DNA of 64,000 nucleotides from Octopus bimaculoides (Eukaryota). Under the pieces are notes generated by a model, which saw only the letters and a list, made by a program, of their open reading frames with translations, did no database searches and was not told the origin of the DNA. How positions within the stretch are numbered: the first letter of the stretch is position 1; the number at the start of each line of letters is the position of its first letter. Shown here piece after piece: positions 39,044 to 52,284 of the stretch. The stretch is taken from NCBI RefSeq assembly GCF_001194135.2, contig NC_068991.1, forward strand, positions 76,573,447 to 76,637,446. Direction: 5' to 3'. The position numbers and the translations under genes are program-made.

Positions 39044-39545
39044 TTACGCAAACCTGAAACGTGCATGATAAATGATTTGTGCATCGTGAGATATTGCCTT
39101 TTTGTAAGAGAAAAGTTCCGACAGCCATATTTTTCTAAGTCTCGTATATTCTTGGATCACTCCATCTTTATTCACAGTACTTCCGTATGATATATTTTCA
39201 TCAATGCCAAGGTACTTGTAGAATTTTTGCGTGGGACAGAACAGATAGTGAGACCATCCATGCACAGGTTTTAGGCCTGGAAGACTGATTTTCCTCGTTC
39301 AACAACGAAATATGAACATTTATTTTGCCCAAATTCCATTTCTATGTCAGCTAAAAATGTTGTTATTAATTCCAGCATTGTTAATATATTTAGCATCAAG
39401 AAATTATCCACAAAGAAATTATTGGTTACAGAACCAAGCATGTAGCCATTTGATTTTTGTAGCAAGAATGTAGTGGAGTTAACGCCAAAATGAACAGAAT
39501 TGCAGAGACTATCTCCTTGGAATACTCCCTTTGAAATAATTATGG
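39044..39545 (-). mobile_element. R4/Dong-like LINE reverse transcriptase fragment
   Basis: Across frameshifts: KGVFQGDSL...LLQKSNGY...FFVDN...DIEMEFGQNKC...ERGK...YKYLGIDEN. This corresponds to RT motifs GIFQGDSLSP, xMDD and YKYLG. Confidence 0.85.
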
Positions 39546-40284
39546 CATGTATGTATGTATGTATGTATGTATGTATGTATGTATGTATGTATGTATGTAT
39601 ATATGTATGTATGTGGTGAAAGTACGATATACGTTTATTGAAATAATTTTAGCAACGGGTATACAATGTTTTAATCTGTATCACCAGAAATATTAATTTG
39701 AGACTCCACTCCAGGAACAAACTGCATTGGAAAGGATGTCTAGCGGCCAGGAATTGAAGCTCTATTTCACTACTTCCTTTACGATATATATTATTGTATA
39801 CATTTTTAATTATGAGCAATCAACCAAACTTCTGCCGTCAACGACAATACCCAAGCTACTGTTCATTAATTAATGATGCAAGCTTAAAATCTCAGATATC
39901 CTGAACGTATAAAAACGCCATTCAGATCAAATATCGAAGACAATCAATGCGGAAATTGCTTTATTTCCTACCGGAAACCATGCTAATATAGCTAATACTT
40001 TGATTAAATTTGAACAGCTTTATGGTCAGATAATAAGGACATAATTAACAACTCTCTATTTTAGTGCTAACAGCAGAACATTCAGTTGATAAAATCATTT
40101 CAATAAAATACGAGTTTCATGACGCTGGCAAAACACCGAAGCCACCTCCAAGCCTGTAATTAGACATTTCGCTTTATGAAAGCAGTAATGTAATACATCA
40201 CTGCTTTACATCTCAACTATTAACACAAAAAGTAACATTGTTACTCCTTTAAGTCAGCAGTTCTTAACTTGCGTAATAGGAAAC

Positions 40285-40482
40285 GTGGCATGTTAGTAGA
40301 ATCGTGAACGAGTCGGAAGAAATGCCGCTAGGCATTTCGTCCGCTGCTACGTTCTGCGTTCAAATTCCACCACGGTCGACTTTGCCTTTCATCCTTTCGG
40401 AGTCGATAAAGTAAAGCACCAGCCCAGTCTTGGGTCAATGTAGTCTTGGGTCATTTAGTTGCTGGCCGTGTGTCAAACTCTA
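40285..40482 (+). mobile_element. SINE family B, diverged
   Basis: GTTCAAATTCCACCACGGTCGACTTTGCCTTTCATCCTTTCGGAGTCGATAAA. Confidence 0.8.
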
Positions 40483-40936
40483 TTTTTTAAAAAATATGTG
40501 TGGCAGCGCATCTTGAAAAGTATATGAGCACACAAGGAGCCGTGTCATTGAGGTGCGAGCCAGAGAGACATTGGTTACTTAGAGGGAACATAATTTTTTC
40601 TTATAAATAAACTATTTAAACCATGCATATTAAATTTTAGGCACAATTTTTTAAAAATTCTTTTTCGGCATTAAAATGTTAGAAGGACATTTTGTTTTCA
40701 TCTTGATGGTGCATAGATGTGCTGCCGTACGAATTAAAAGCATCTCTAGTAATTTAAATATTATCGGTTACACATAAATAGTGTATACGTTTCGTTGAAA
40801 CCCCACCCCCACTTACTTCGTTGGGGAGCTAAGTGTTCTTTAACACTGAGTGCCCGAGAGAAGATGAAGTATCTCGCTCGATTCGATTGGAAAAGTACCA
40901 GATTCTTAAGAAATCCAATGACTGAAGCAAGTAATA

Positions 40937-42270
40937 TACGAGAGGGTACCCAAAAGTAAACGGGAACGTTCTCTGTGGGACAAGCCCACTATAGCTCAGG
41001 CTGCCCCCCCCCCCCNNNNNNNNNNNNNNNNNNNNNNNNNTAGAAGCCACTTGCTGCGACCCTCAGGCATTAGCCTGCCGACCGGCGGCGTCCGGTAAGT
41101 TCGAACTGCCACATGGTGCGTTCTTGTTTTGCAGTGCTTCTCCCCTGTTCGTCGATTTTTGCGATGGCTAAAACGAAAAGGAACAGCGTGCTTCCGTGAA
41201 ATTCGGTTTTCTGCTGGGGAAAATGGTGGCCGAAACAGTTATTTCTTTACTACCCACAAGGGGCTACACACAGAGGGGACAAACAAGGACAGACAACCGG
41301 ATTAAGTCGATTACATCGACCACAGTGCGTAACTGGTACTTATTTAATCGACCCCGAAAGGATGAAAGGCAAAGTCGACCTCGGCGGAATTTGAACTCAG
41401 AACGTAGCGGCAGACGAAATACCGCTAAGCATTCCGCCCAGCGTGCTAACGTTTCTGCCAGGTGGCCGAAACAGTTGTCATGCTTCAAACAACTTACAAC
41501 GACGCTGCCATGAGTGAAACACAAGTTTATGAGTTGTTTCCACGCTTTGGGAATGGTGACTTGTCGCTTGAAGACCAATGTCGTTCAGGGTGACTGTCGA
41601 CCTCCTGAACGAATGTAAGCATCGTAAAAATTCATGAACTACACTTGGAGAACCGCCTCTGAACAATCAATGAACTTGATGATAAAACTGGTGTGTCCAG
41701 GAGCTCTTCCCAACGAATTTTGAGCGAGGAATTGCGAATAAAAAGAGTTGAAGCAAAATCTGTGCCTCGCTTGCTCATGAAAGATCAAAACCAATCAAAA
41801 CTGAATGTGTATAGAGAACTGAAAGGACAGATGGAAGCTGATCCAAACCATTTTACGAAGGTCATCACTGGTGAAGAAGGCAAGTGCTACGGCTACAAAC
41901 CGGAAACGAAGCAGCAGTCTAGTTAATGGAAGCATTCAATGTCAACAGGCCCCCAAAGAATACGTCGATTGAAGTCTAATGTGAAGCAGATGCTGATTTG
42001 CTTCATCGATGCGAAAGGGATTGTCCACACAGTATTTGTTGCTCCTAGTCAAATTGTTAAGCAGACATTTTACTTGGCAGTTCTGAAGGGTTTGCGAGAC
42101 GCAGCAAAATGAAAACGCTCCGACCAGTGGCAAAGTGGAGAGGGGTGGTTTCATCACGACAATGCACATTCGTCATGAGTGTGAGATAGCGTTTGACCAA
42201 AAATGGCATGATCCCGTTTACCCATGAACCCTCTTCACCCGTTCTTGCTCCATGCAACTTTTTTGCTACC
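40937..42270 (+). mobile_element. Mariner transposon (irritans-like): left TIR plus decayed transposase, interrupted by a SINE
   Basis: TA+CGAGAGGGTACCCAAAAGTAAACGGGAA left end. EQRASVKFGFLLGK...SLEDQCRSG...KSVPRLL...VITGEEGKCYGYKPETKQQSS...HHDNA...[10 protein letters not shown]. Multiple stops and frameshifts; no right TIR seen. Confidence 0.92.
41241..41460 (-). mobile_element. SINE family B with alternative 3' tail, flanked by a 16-bp TSD
   Basis: GGTGGCCGAAACAGTT occurs at 41225-41240 and 41461-41476. Confidence 0.93.
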
Positions 42271-42292
42271 GCGCGCGCGCACACATTCACAC

Positions 42293-42329
<37 letters not shown>

Positions 42330-42404
42330 GTGTGTGTGTGTGCGTGTGTGTGTGTGTGTGTATGTGTGTGTGTGTATACACGTTAATATTAATGATTGGA
42401 GAAA

Positions 42405-42620
42405 GGCGGCGTGTTGGCAGAATCGTTAGCACATCAGGCAAAATGCTTAGTGGCATTTCGTCCGTCTTTTTGCTCTGAGTTCGTATTCTGCCGATGTCGA
42501 ATCTGCCTCAATCTTTTGGGATCGATAAAATAAGTACCAGTTGAGCACTGCAGCCGATGTAATCGACCTATACCGTTCGTCGAAATTGCTGGCCTCGTGG
42601 AAAAATTTGAAGCCAATATT
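42405..42620 (+). mobile_element. SINE family B, full length and diverged
   Basis: GGCGGCGTGTTGGCAGAATCGTTAGCAC head, GATAAAATAAGTACCAGTTG body, tail GAAGCCAATATT. Confidence 0.88.
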
Positions 42621-43239
42621 AACGAACCGAAAGCAAGAGAACTTAATAAAAGAGGAGGGAGAAACGCAAAATTCGTTTACAATTCATTTCCCAGCATTCA
42701 TATCGACACGTGTGGGTTGACGCTGACATAAATTTATGTTGCAATGTTCAGTCTGGGAAATCTGAATGAAGACGAACTTGGATAGTATTATGATTTGGGC
42801 TGCACAAAATTGCTATAGACAACATGTATAAATCTGTTCTGGGCGTGGTTTCGTATTGGTGACAGGGAGGTGATGCTTAGAGCAGCAGATGCCAATCAAT
42901 TGAAGTAAAAGCAAGCGAAATGGTTTTTCTTCTCTAAAATAACAAACACGCACAGATATGCTTGCAGGATATTTATGAAACAAATGAAAGGTGTACCCTC
43001 CGTACGCATCTACTTATATCCGCACATACACACCCGCTTCCGTATGCGTATCTTGGTATTCTCAGATGTATATATTCAAATATATGGAATTTGTAGTTAT
43101 CCACACGCAAGTGTGACGTATGTATGCGTATAAATACACTCATTCAGGTTCGTGCGTGTGAGAATATGTAAATATGTACATAAATAGATGTTTAGATATA
43201 GGTAGATTTTTTACGTTTATATCTGTATACATATATATA

Positions 43240-43319
<80 letters not shown>

Positions 43320-44334
43320 CATATATATATATACATACATATATATGTATGTACATATACATACATACATACACAAATATACATATACAGACGCACATGC
43401 TCACTTACATATAAATTTACAATCTTACACACACATACGCGCGAACATACACATTCATATAAACATACGTACATATACACATGCATGTATATATACATAC
43501 ACGCATAAATAAATGAATACATGTATACATTCATCATACACAAACGCACTGCCGAATCCACATACATACGTACACCCAAATACATACACATGTATACATA
43601 CATGTGCACACACACACATACACATGCGCACACACACATACACATGCACACACTCATACGCCCTTATATGTATATACAAATGTATGGAAGCAAGTTCGTA
43701 CACAATCGCACGAAAGCATGCAGTTAGATATACACATATGCGCTCAATATAAAACACCATTATACTAAGTTTTAGTTTCCCTTCTATAAACCACACGATC
43801 AGAATGAGTGAAATTTTCTGTATTGCTGAAAATCTTCCAACTGAAAAGATTGCGGTTAATATGTGACATTTGCGTATGAAAACCACACTTGTGGTTTCAT
43901 AATATTATCGCTAGTTGCTTACGCTAAAAAGTAAGAAAACCTTTCTAACCTCGCTATTTACTTATACTATTCATATTTCGGGTTTTGATTACGGCAATGC
44001 TAGTAAAAGTACCGTCGGTTCGAATAATAACTAACACCTTTACCTTATGTGTGTGAGCGTATGCTTTTACCTGGGTGCGTCGACGTGTGTCTGTGAATCG
44101 CTGTTAAAAAGGTTAGCTTTTTTTTTTTAGTTTGTGTATTTATTATATTTTCTTCTGCGCTTACTGATTTTTCGAATAAGAAATATAGGTAGACGAGTAA
44201 ATTCATATTAAAAACGCTACGGGCGAAAGAGTTTTCTCAAGGGGAAAAATGATCTCAATCAGTGATCTATTTTTGTATAAACCAATTCATCGATATGAAA
44301 ACGTTTAACAATAAGATTATATAGATACAGACGA

Positions 44335-44369
<35 letters not shown>

Positions 44370-44401
44370 GATATTAAACACACGAACACACACACTCAAA
44401 C

Positions 44402-44445
<44 letters not shown>

Positions 44446-45739
44446 ACCTATATATATAAAGCGAGAGGTGATATGCATATATATATACATAAAACACATA
44501 AACGTGTGTATATATATAGATATCATTATATATGCATTAATATTGAACTAAGCATATATACATACACAAACACACACATACACACACGCGCGCGCACGCA
44601 GGCACGCGCGTATTAATAGACAAAATTAAATATGACGTCAAACTGCACGGCTATTAGATATTTCATTTCATGAAACCATGCTTAATATTTATAATATAAA
44701 TTTGCAGCACAATAATGTTTCATTATGTATCATCGATATCCACGTCTAAACTACGTCGTTGGGAGTGAAATATGTCCTGTTTACGAAGCTGTTGAAAACG
44801 GCAAGCAAGAAAACAATTATATTCCCATTCCAAGAGAGGCCAATAGGTTTTGGAACCTGGATATCAGCGTTGTTACCCTTGAGTTGCTAATAATAAATAT
44901 TTGCAGTTATTACTATTCTGCTGAAAGGCTAAATATCACATCTTCTAAATATGTATGAATACTATAAAAATTTAGAAGCATTTAGAAACATACATGAATG
45001 TATATATATATGCGCGCGTGTTTGTGTGTGTGCGTGTGTGTGTATCATTTAATGTACATAGTATAAAAATACGAGCTACTAATAGTTTCTTGCTGTAAAG
45101 GTATGTGTCAGGGCCGCCTTGTGTCTCCTTGATACATACATACATATATATATATATATTTATATATNNNNNNNNNNNNNNNNNNNNNNNNNNNNNNNNN
45201 NNNNNNNNNNNNNNNNNNNNNNNNNNNNNNNNNNNNNNNNNNNNNNNNNNNNNNNNNNNNNNNNNNNNNNNNNNNNNNNNNNNNNNNNNNNNNNNNNNNN
45301 NNNNNNNNNNNNNNNNNNNNNNNNNNNNNNNNNNNNNNNNNNNNNNNNNNNNNNNNNNNNNNNNNNNNNNNNNNNNNNNNNNNNNNNNNNNNNNNNNNNN
45401 NNNNNNNNNNNNNNNNNNNNNNNNNNNNNNNNNNNNNNNNNNNNNNNNNNNNNNNNNNNNNNNNNNNNNNNNNNNNNNNNNNNNNNNNNNNNNNNNNNNN
45501 NNNNNNNNNNNNNNNNNNNNNNNNNNNNNNNNNNNTATATATATATATATATATAGGTATGTATGTATGTATGCATGCATGTATGTATGTATGTATGTAT
45601 GTATGTATGTATGTATGTATGGAAGTAAATGTAAGGACAAGCAAGTTAGTCGGTATACAAAAAATATCAAATACATTTAATACAAAAAATATATATGTAT
45701 ACATATAAAAAAAACTATCCAACTTACACAGAATGGAAA

Positions 45740-45860
45740 TGATATCAGGAATTAAAGGGGTTGAATAGGAGTTTCATGAACTTGTAACTCGGTTCCATCA
45801 TCGGATAACACCAGCTTCCGTCTTCAGGGAAGAATTTTACACTTGAGGTGTAGACTGTAT
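45740..45860 (-). mobile_element. Probable Penelope-type terminal-repeat remnant with degenerate hammerhead-like motif
   Basis: Minus strand CCGATGA-TGGAAC-CGAGTTACAA-GTTCAT-GAAACT, with CTGAAGA just upstream. The core is mutated. Confidence 0.3.
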
Positions 45861-45921
45861 GGAGTTTAAAGATGGAATTTAAAGATATATATATATATAT
45901 ATATTCATACACACACATACT

Positions 45922-45996
<75 letters not shown>

Positions 45997-47264
45997 TTGT
46001 GTATCCATTTATTTATCCCTCTCTCTAACTATCCATCTTTCCACCAGTCTAATCTTTTTCTGTTTATTTAAAAAATACGTTGGTGACATTCTTAAACAAG
46101 AATTATTACGTTTAGAAATCGGTTGCTATTTTTCCTTCTTTTTTTTTTCTTTTTTTTGATCGAAGGAATTAAACTTTTGGATTACTTAATCCTAGAAAAT
46201 GCGAGTCGTGTTCACATCTGTTTCCTTGGAATCATTTGAAGACTTTACACACTTGGTATATTTCGGATGTTTTTTCTTCTTGAAGTTAACAACTTTATCC
46301 ATGGTGTCTCTTTACAGCTAAAAGAAGCTCTGAACAGTTCTGTATATAAAAATCCCGACACTTGAACCGTGTGTCTGACACTCTATTGTCTCAGTCGTGC
46401 GTCTCATAAGCCTCATGACACTGTCTGTCAAAAATATTAGAATAAAATACGAAGATTTGAGACATTTCTTTCATTTTTCTTCCTTCAAATTAAAAATTAA
46501 AATTGATGAGGTGACAAATATAAATCTTCAAATAACAAAAGAATATTTCTATTGCGATTAACTGCTGTTTGTCTTCAAATCGATGATAAATCAAATTGTA
46601 ATCAATAAGTAATCGATTGAGGTTACTATAATCTGTAAAAGAAAGATACTGCATGCGACTGTTCGTTAAAGAAACAAATCAATATTTTAAAAAATCATCG
46701 AACAATTAAAATGCAAAATTCTTCTTCAGTAGTCAATTAGACTTCAAAGTAATGTTGTAATTACCATTATCGACTGCAGCAACAATGATGATTTCAAAAC
46801 ATCAATAATATTAATAATAATGGTGTTTGTTTTTGTTTAGCTAATGGCAATTAAGTTGAAGAGAATCGAATTTAGAATAAACTGAACATATAACGACATA
46901 AAATTAACTAAAAATTAAACTTTCTAAAAAAATTGAATGCGAACAAATTTTATACAGGTTTTCTTAGAATGAAATATCACTTTTACGCTTGTCTTCTTCT
47001 TCAGATATATCTATGTTTCTTTATTTACAGCTTGTGTAATTTCAATTTCGTATTCTGTCTCCCTTGCATAACCACAACTAAACGTAATAACTACATCTTG
47101 CAATTTCTTTCTTTTTTTTTTAGTTTTATTGATAGGATAACAGAAATTATCCTCATGCTTAAATTGTTCAAGGCATTGAATAGCCAAATTCGCATCAGTA
47201 ATTCAGCACATTATCAAAACAAAATCATTCGATTGTATCTATCGAGCGAATCTCTAAACAAAAT

Positions 47265-48055
47265 TGCTTGTCTCTGGGCTCCAACCGTATCTCGTGTCTT
47301 GGCTTAGTGGTTTCCTGCCACATCACACTGTCTCAACCTGCTCGCCCTCCAAACCTACACCACATCAATTCTCGTTTGTTTGTCTTCTTCCACACATTTC
47401 CTGTTGTATATTAGCTATTTATTCCTTGCTATTTTTACAAATGCAGATAAAAAAATGTAACTATCAGTCATTCTACTCCAACCTTCTGCACTCAAGGATC
47501 ATCCATGAGTAACTAAAGCACTTCATTCCAAACTTGTACATATCTGATAAAAAGACACCTCGAAAACGTTTTCTATTTTGTCTCCTTCAAAAGCACCGAG
47601 GCACACTCACTACACGTATCAAAATATTATCTCAACCAACATCTTAAACATAAGCGTCATTCTCAACGACAAACCTCAAGATTTCTACAATGCTAGATCT
47701 CACCATTACTGAAGATGTCCCCGTACGTTTTCAAGACCCCGATGCTTTGCCTTTCTCTTCAGAGGCCAAAAATACTCTACACCCAATAATTAGTCAGTCA
47801 ACCCGACAAAGTATCAATACTTTTACACATAGAATGGTGCTGATACTATACACACAGACACCCGAGATCTCGTCGAGAAAAGGCCATCCGACTGATTGGC
47901 ATGAAATATTTCGCCGACACACTTCAGCTTCAAGCCCACAGTCGTATTATCTTCTAACAATTTCTTCTCTTCTCCTCCTGGAGTAATTGCTTTCTCAGTA
48001 TTGGCTGATCTCATGCTACCTCCACTTACACACTGAGGAGTCACTCATCTCTCTT
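47265..48055 (+). mobile_element. CR1/Jockey-group LINE ORF2 (RT to C-terminus), highly decayed
   Basis: Colinear remnants: SGLQPYLVSWLSGFL; STHFLLYISYL...NAD; LDLTITEDV; AFLFRGQKYSTP; KAIRLIG...DTLQLQAHSR. Confidence 0.75.
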
Positions 48056-48925
48056 CCCTCGTCCCTCAATCTAATCCCTACCCACCCAGTCCTCCCACAT
48101 CATAACTTCGATCCTCTGAAATTTCTCGCACTCAATATTTTTTCAGCAGCCATAAACACTTAAGAGTAATGGTAACCATTTCGACCCATACGACCTTGGA
48201 GGGCCGCCGAAGTTCGTGAAGACGACCCCCTTCCTCCAAGTCAAAACATTATCAAATACATATTTTCTTTACAATACATCTATTTCGTAAATTGTCTTTG
48301 CGTTTGACAGTTTTTGCAGCACACTTTTTCCAGATATGACTTTAAACTAATTCATTTCTCTAGTGTTGATATGCAACTCGAATTAGATGTATTGTAAATT
48401 AAAAGGATATTATTTCTAAAAAATTTTACCTTCTACAATAATGCCTCAACAACTGACCAAAGAAAATTGGTGATAAAAAAATAGTGGATCCCTAGAAGTT
48501 ACCACCAACTGAAAAAGAAAGATTGCACATACGTAATTTCTCGAAAGAAACAAAACAGTATTCAAGAGCATTCAGACAATTAAATTCCAAAGCACTTCTC
48601 TGGTAATTAATTAGACTTCAAGGAGATCTCGTAATTATTATTAGCAGCAACAAATGACGTTCAGCTGTGATGACTCCACAATTAACTCACGTAAAATTAG
48701 TAACAGTTATTCCTACTTCACTGAAACAAACGTTAATTACAATAAAAGTTAATTGTTGACTGGCTTCATAGATATTTCTGTGCTGCCCCTTTTTCCAATT
48801 AGATCGAAACGCTTAATGATTTTTGTACTGTTTGACGCTGAAGATTATTAATTAGGACGCTAGGTGGTGCGGAGCTCATTGAGTTACCTATTAGTCAATA
48901 TCACGGAATTAATTCCTTAATAACT

Positions 48926-49123
48926 GTCACTCTGTCGCTTTCGACGACGAGAATTTCAATTGCTCCGATCAACGGAACAGCCTGCTCGTGAGATTAATGT
49001 GTAAGTGGCTGAGCACTCCACAGACACGCATATCCTCTAGGAGATTCAGCATGACACAGAGTGTGACAAAACTGGCCCCTTTGAAATACAGGTACAGCTC
49101 ATTTTAGCTAGCCGAGAGGACTG
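48926..49123. mobile_element. Interspersed repeat, probable SINE body
   Basis: GATCAACGGAACAGCCTGCTCGTGA...GTGGCTGAGCACTCCACAGACACG...CCTTTGAAATACAGGTAC is recalled as an abundant octopus repeat. It is single-copy in this window, so unverified. Confidence 0.45.
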
Positions 49124-49432
49124 CTAATTTCCAAATAGTCTGTGCAATATCTAATGCATCTGATCCTATCGCTCAACAAGCGCCCAACACCGGTCGACAA
49201 AAATTTACAAGGTTAAGATTCAGTAGAGTCAGAGTCTTGATCTTTATTTTAACAACAGAATTTTAGATAAAACCGATCTACATTTCGAACACTTATTAAG
49301 ACTTAATAAATAGCGGGACAAAACATAATTTGCTTCAATTGATATTTTTAATTTGGAAACTAATTACTCTTTCGTCAATCTAGAATTTTTTATCTAGAGT
49401 TCTAGATTTTAGTTTGTTTTAAGCATACATTT

Positions 49433-50048
49433 CCATGTTTCGACTCGCACGGACGCTTCAAAGATGGAATAACGTCCCTGGAAGGCAATGAGCGATCCTG
49501 AAGAGCTGCCAAGAACGTCACCCCCAGAAATGGGAAGAAGATTCATCAGCTTGTGCATGAGGATCGTCGGAGGACAATCAATGACATTGCTGATGTTGTT
49601 GGCCTGTCATAAGGGTCCGTGCAGGCAATCCTAACGTGTGAATTGAACATGCGGCGTGTCTTTGGCAAGTTTGTCCCCCGCCTGCTGACCACTGAGCAGA
49701 AAGAACATCGCGTCAAAGTCTATCAAGGTGACCGTCAGCGTGCCGCTGATGACCCATCCTTCATGTCGACGATCATCACCGGTGACGAGAGTTGGGTCAA
49801 CGGGTTCGACCCTGGGACAAAGCAGCAGTCTCAGCAGAATGGAAGGGCCATTCATCTCCACAACCGAACAAGGCACGACAAAACCGCAGCTCAATCAATA
49901 GCTTACCCCTCGCTCTTTTCGACATCTGCGGTATTGTGCATCGAGAATTCCTGCCCCAGAGCCCGACGTTCAATCGAGAGTTCTACTACGACGTTTTGAA
50001 GCGTCTGAGGGAGGACATTCGGCGAAAGCGACCGGATCTGAAGAGGGC
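49433..50048 (+). mobile_element. Mariner transposase fragment (irritans-like), runs into an N-gap
   Basis: RFKDG.TSLEGNERS...EDRRRTI.DIAD.VG...KFVPRLLT.EQK...IITGDESWVNGFDPGTKQQS, then a frameshift, then FDICGIVHREF...FYYDVLKRLREDIRRKRPDL. Confidence 0.93.
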
Positions 50049-52055
50049 NNNNNNNNNNNNNNNNNNNNNNNNNNNNNNNNNNNNNNNNNNNNNNNNNNNN
50101 NNNNNNNNNNNNNNNNNNNNNNNNNNNNNNNNNNNNNNNNNNNNNNNNNNNNNNNNNNNNNNNNNNNNNNNNNNNNNNNNNNNNNNNNNNNNNNNNNNNN
50201 NNNNNNNNNNNNNNNNNNNNNNNNNNNNNNNNNNNNNNNNNNNNNNNNNNNNNNNNNNNNNNNNNNNNNNNNNNNNNNNNNNNNNNNNNNNNNNNNNNNN
50301 NNNNNNNNNNNNNNNNNNNNNNNNNNNNNNNNNNNNNNNNNNNNNNNNNNNNNNNNNNNNNNNNNNNNNNNNNNNNNNNNNNNNNNNNNNNNNNNNNNNN
50401 NNNNNNNNNNNNNNNNNNNNNNNNNNNNNNNNNNNNNNNNNNNNNNNNNNNNNNNNNNNNNNNNNNNNNNNNNNNNNNNNNNNNNNNNNNNNNNNNNNNN
50501 NNNNNNNNNNNNNNNNNNNNNNNNNNNNNNNNNNNNNNNNNNNNNNNNNNNNNNNNNNNNNNNNNNNNNNNNNNNNNNNNNNNNNNNNNNNNNNNNNNNN
50601 NNNNNNNNNNNNNNNNNNNNNNNNNNNNNNNTATATATATATTATTGGAACTGATGGCAGCAGTTATCTCTGAGGAAGGTTCATATTCTAATTTTGGTTC
50701 AGTATTATATAAAGAAATCTAAATTTATTCGAATAGCTGGATACTTTTCTAGCTATTCAATCTACGAGAACAATAATGATTAGTATATACTATCGATCAT
50801 CCAACACGAACTGTAGATAAATCTAGAGAATACATATATCATTACCTCAAGTGATAAACTGTAAATTCGTCATTTTCCCTAATGATAGCTTGCAGCCATT
50901 AGTATTGATCCTCGTTGTGGAAGTTACGATACATCACCGTATTCCACTTAGGAAATATTCCACTGCTATTTGCAAGTATCTCAAATATTTTCGAGAAAAT
51001 AATTCGGGGTTGAATTTGTAAATAACGTTGTTGTTGTGGTTGTTCCAATTGAGTTTTTGATGTTGCAATTTGATTAGAAGTGACAGAACGTTTCAACTCG
51101 AATTGAATTGAGATTTGAAACTTGTGAAGAGAACTTGGGCATGAGAACTGTGCTCCAAGCAGATTTGATAGAACAATTTGGATCTATGGTTCTGCGTCAA
51201 AAAAGCTACTCTATTGGAACCTGTAAATAGCATTCGGTGCCATTAGCAAAGACTAACCAACGTTTTCGTGAGTAATACATTTCAAGTAATGTTGTTTTGC
51301 TCAAACTTTCAGACAGTTTTATCAAATCTGTTTTACAGATAAATAGTTATTTATAAAGAGGCATTCATGTATTCTGTTATGATATCTTTACCTTGTATTC
51401 TATCTACTAATATCATTGTATGGCTATTTTCTCGTATAAATAGTTATTTATAAAGTGGTATTCGTGGATTCTATTACGCTTTCTTATCTTGAATTCTTTG
51501 TACACTTTGTCCTAAAGACATTTTGAAGCTGTTTTCTCATTTATTTCGGTGCAAAATGTCAAGCCTTCGAGCGGTTTTATTTCGAATTTTAATTGAGCAA
51601 GTATAAAACTTTATTTAATTGACAAAAAAAAATGTGAAACATAACATCGATGAACGTCTAAAATAAAAGGAAATACAAATTTAATTAATGACAGAACACT
51701 TTGAATTTTCCCAATAGATTCACTTATACAAAAACAACAGTTGTGTTGGAGCTTTTAGGACTTGATACACATATTACAGTTTGCAACAGAATTTTCTGAA
51801 AGTATTGAGATGTTAAGCGATTTAGGCTGATGGTGATATTATAAAGTGTGTTTACCTAGATACTTAATTCTGTATATCCATACAGCTTGCGGCTAAATAA
51901 AAGGCTCCAGTAATCAATATAACCTATGTATATGAGTGTATACAGTGAGAGAGAGAGGGGGAGAGAGGGGGGAGAGGGGTAGAGAGAGAAAGAAAGAGAG
52001 ATGTGGAAACAGAGCTCATAAAAACGTTAGGATTATATATCGATTTTAAACATTG

Positions 52056-52284
52056 TTAATCTTTTGTTACCATACTTTCTGTTGAAATCCACTGCCTTTG
52101 TTTAAATTAATTTTGAAAATAATGAAGCGTTTATTAAAATAACTGTCATTATTAATCTGGTGTTTGAAAAATAAATTAACGTAAAATTTTGATGGAAAGT
52201 TTTAATTTAGATCGACAACAAAAGAGGAAATGTGTACCATAGAGCTAGGGGCGGTTTCAGGCGGGTTGCTATCAAAAGGGTTAA
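52056..52284. mobile_element. piggyBac-like MITE
   Basis: TTAA at both ends (52056-59 and 52281-84). Imperfect TIRs are TCTTTTGTTACC and GCTATCAAAAGGG. Confidence 0.7.

Noticed and set aside
50899-51190. About 95-codon open frame on the minus strand with QPQQQ
   Set aside because: No recognisable domain and no clear acceptor; this length is plausible by chance.
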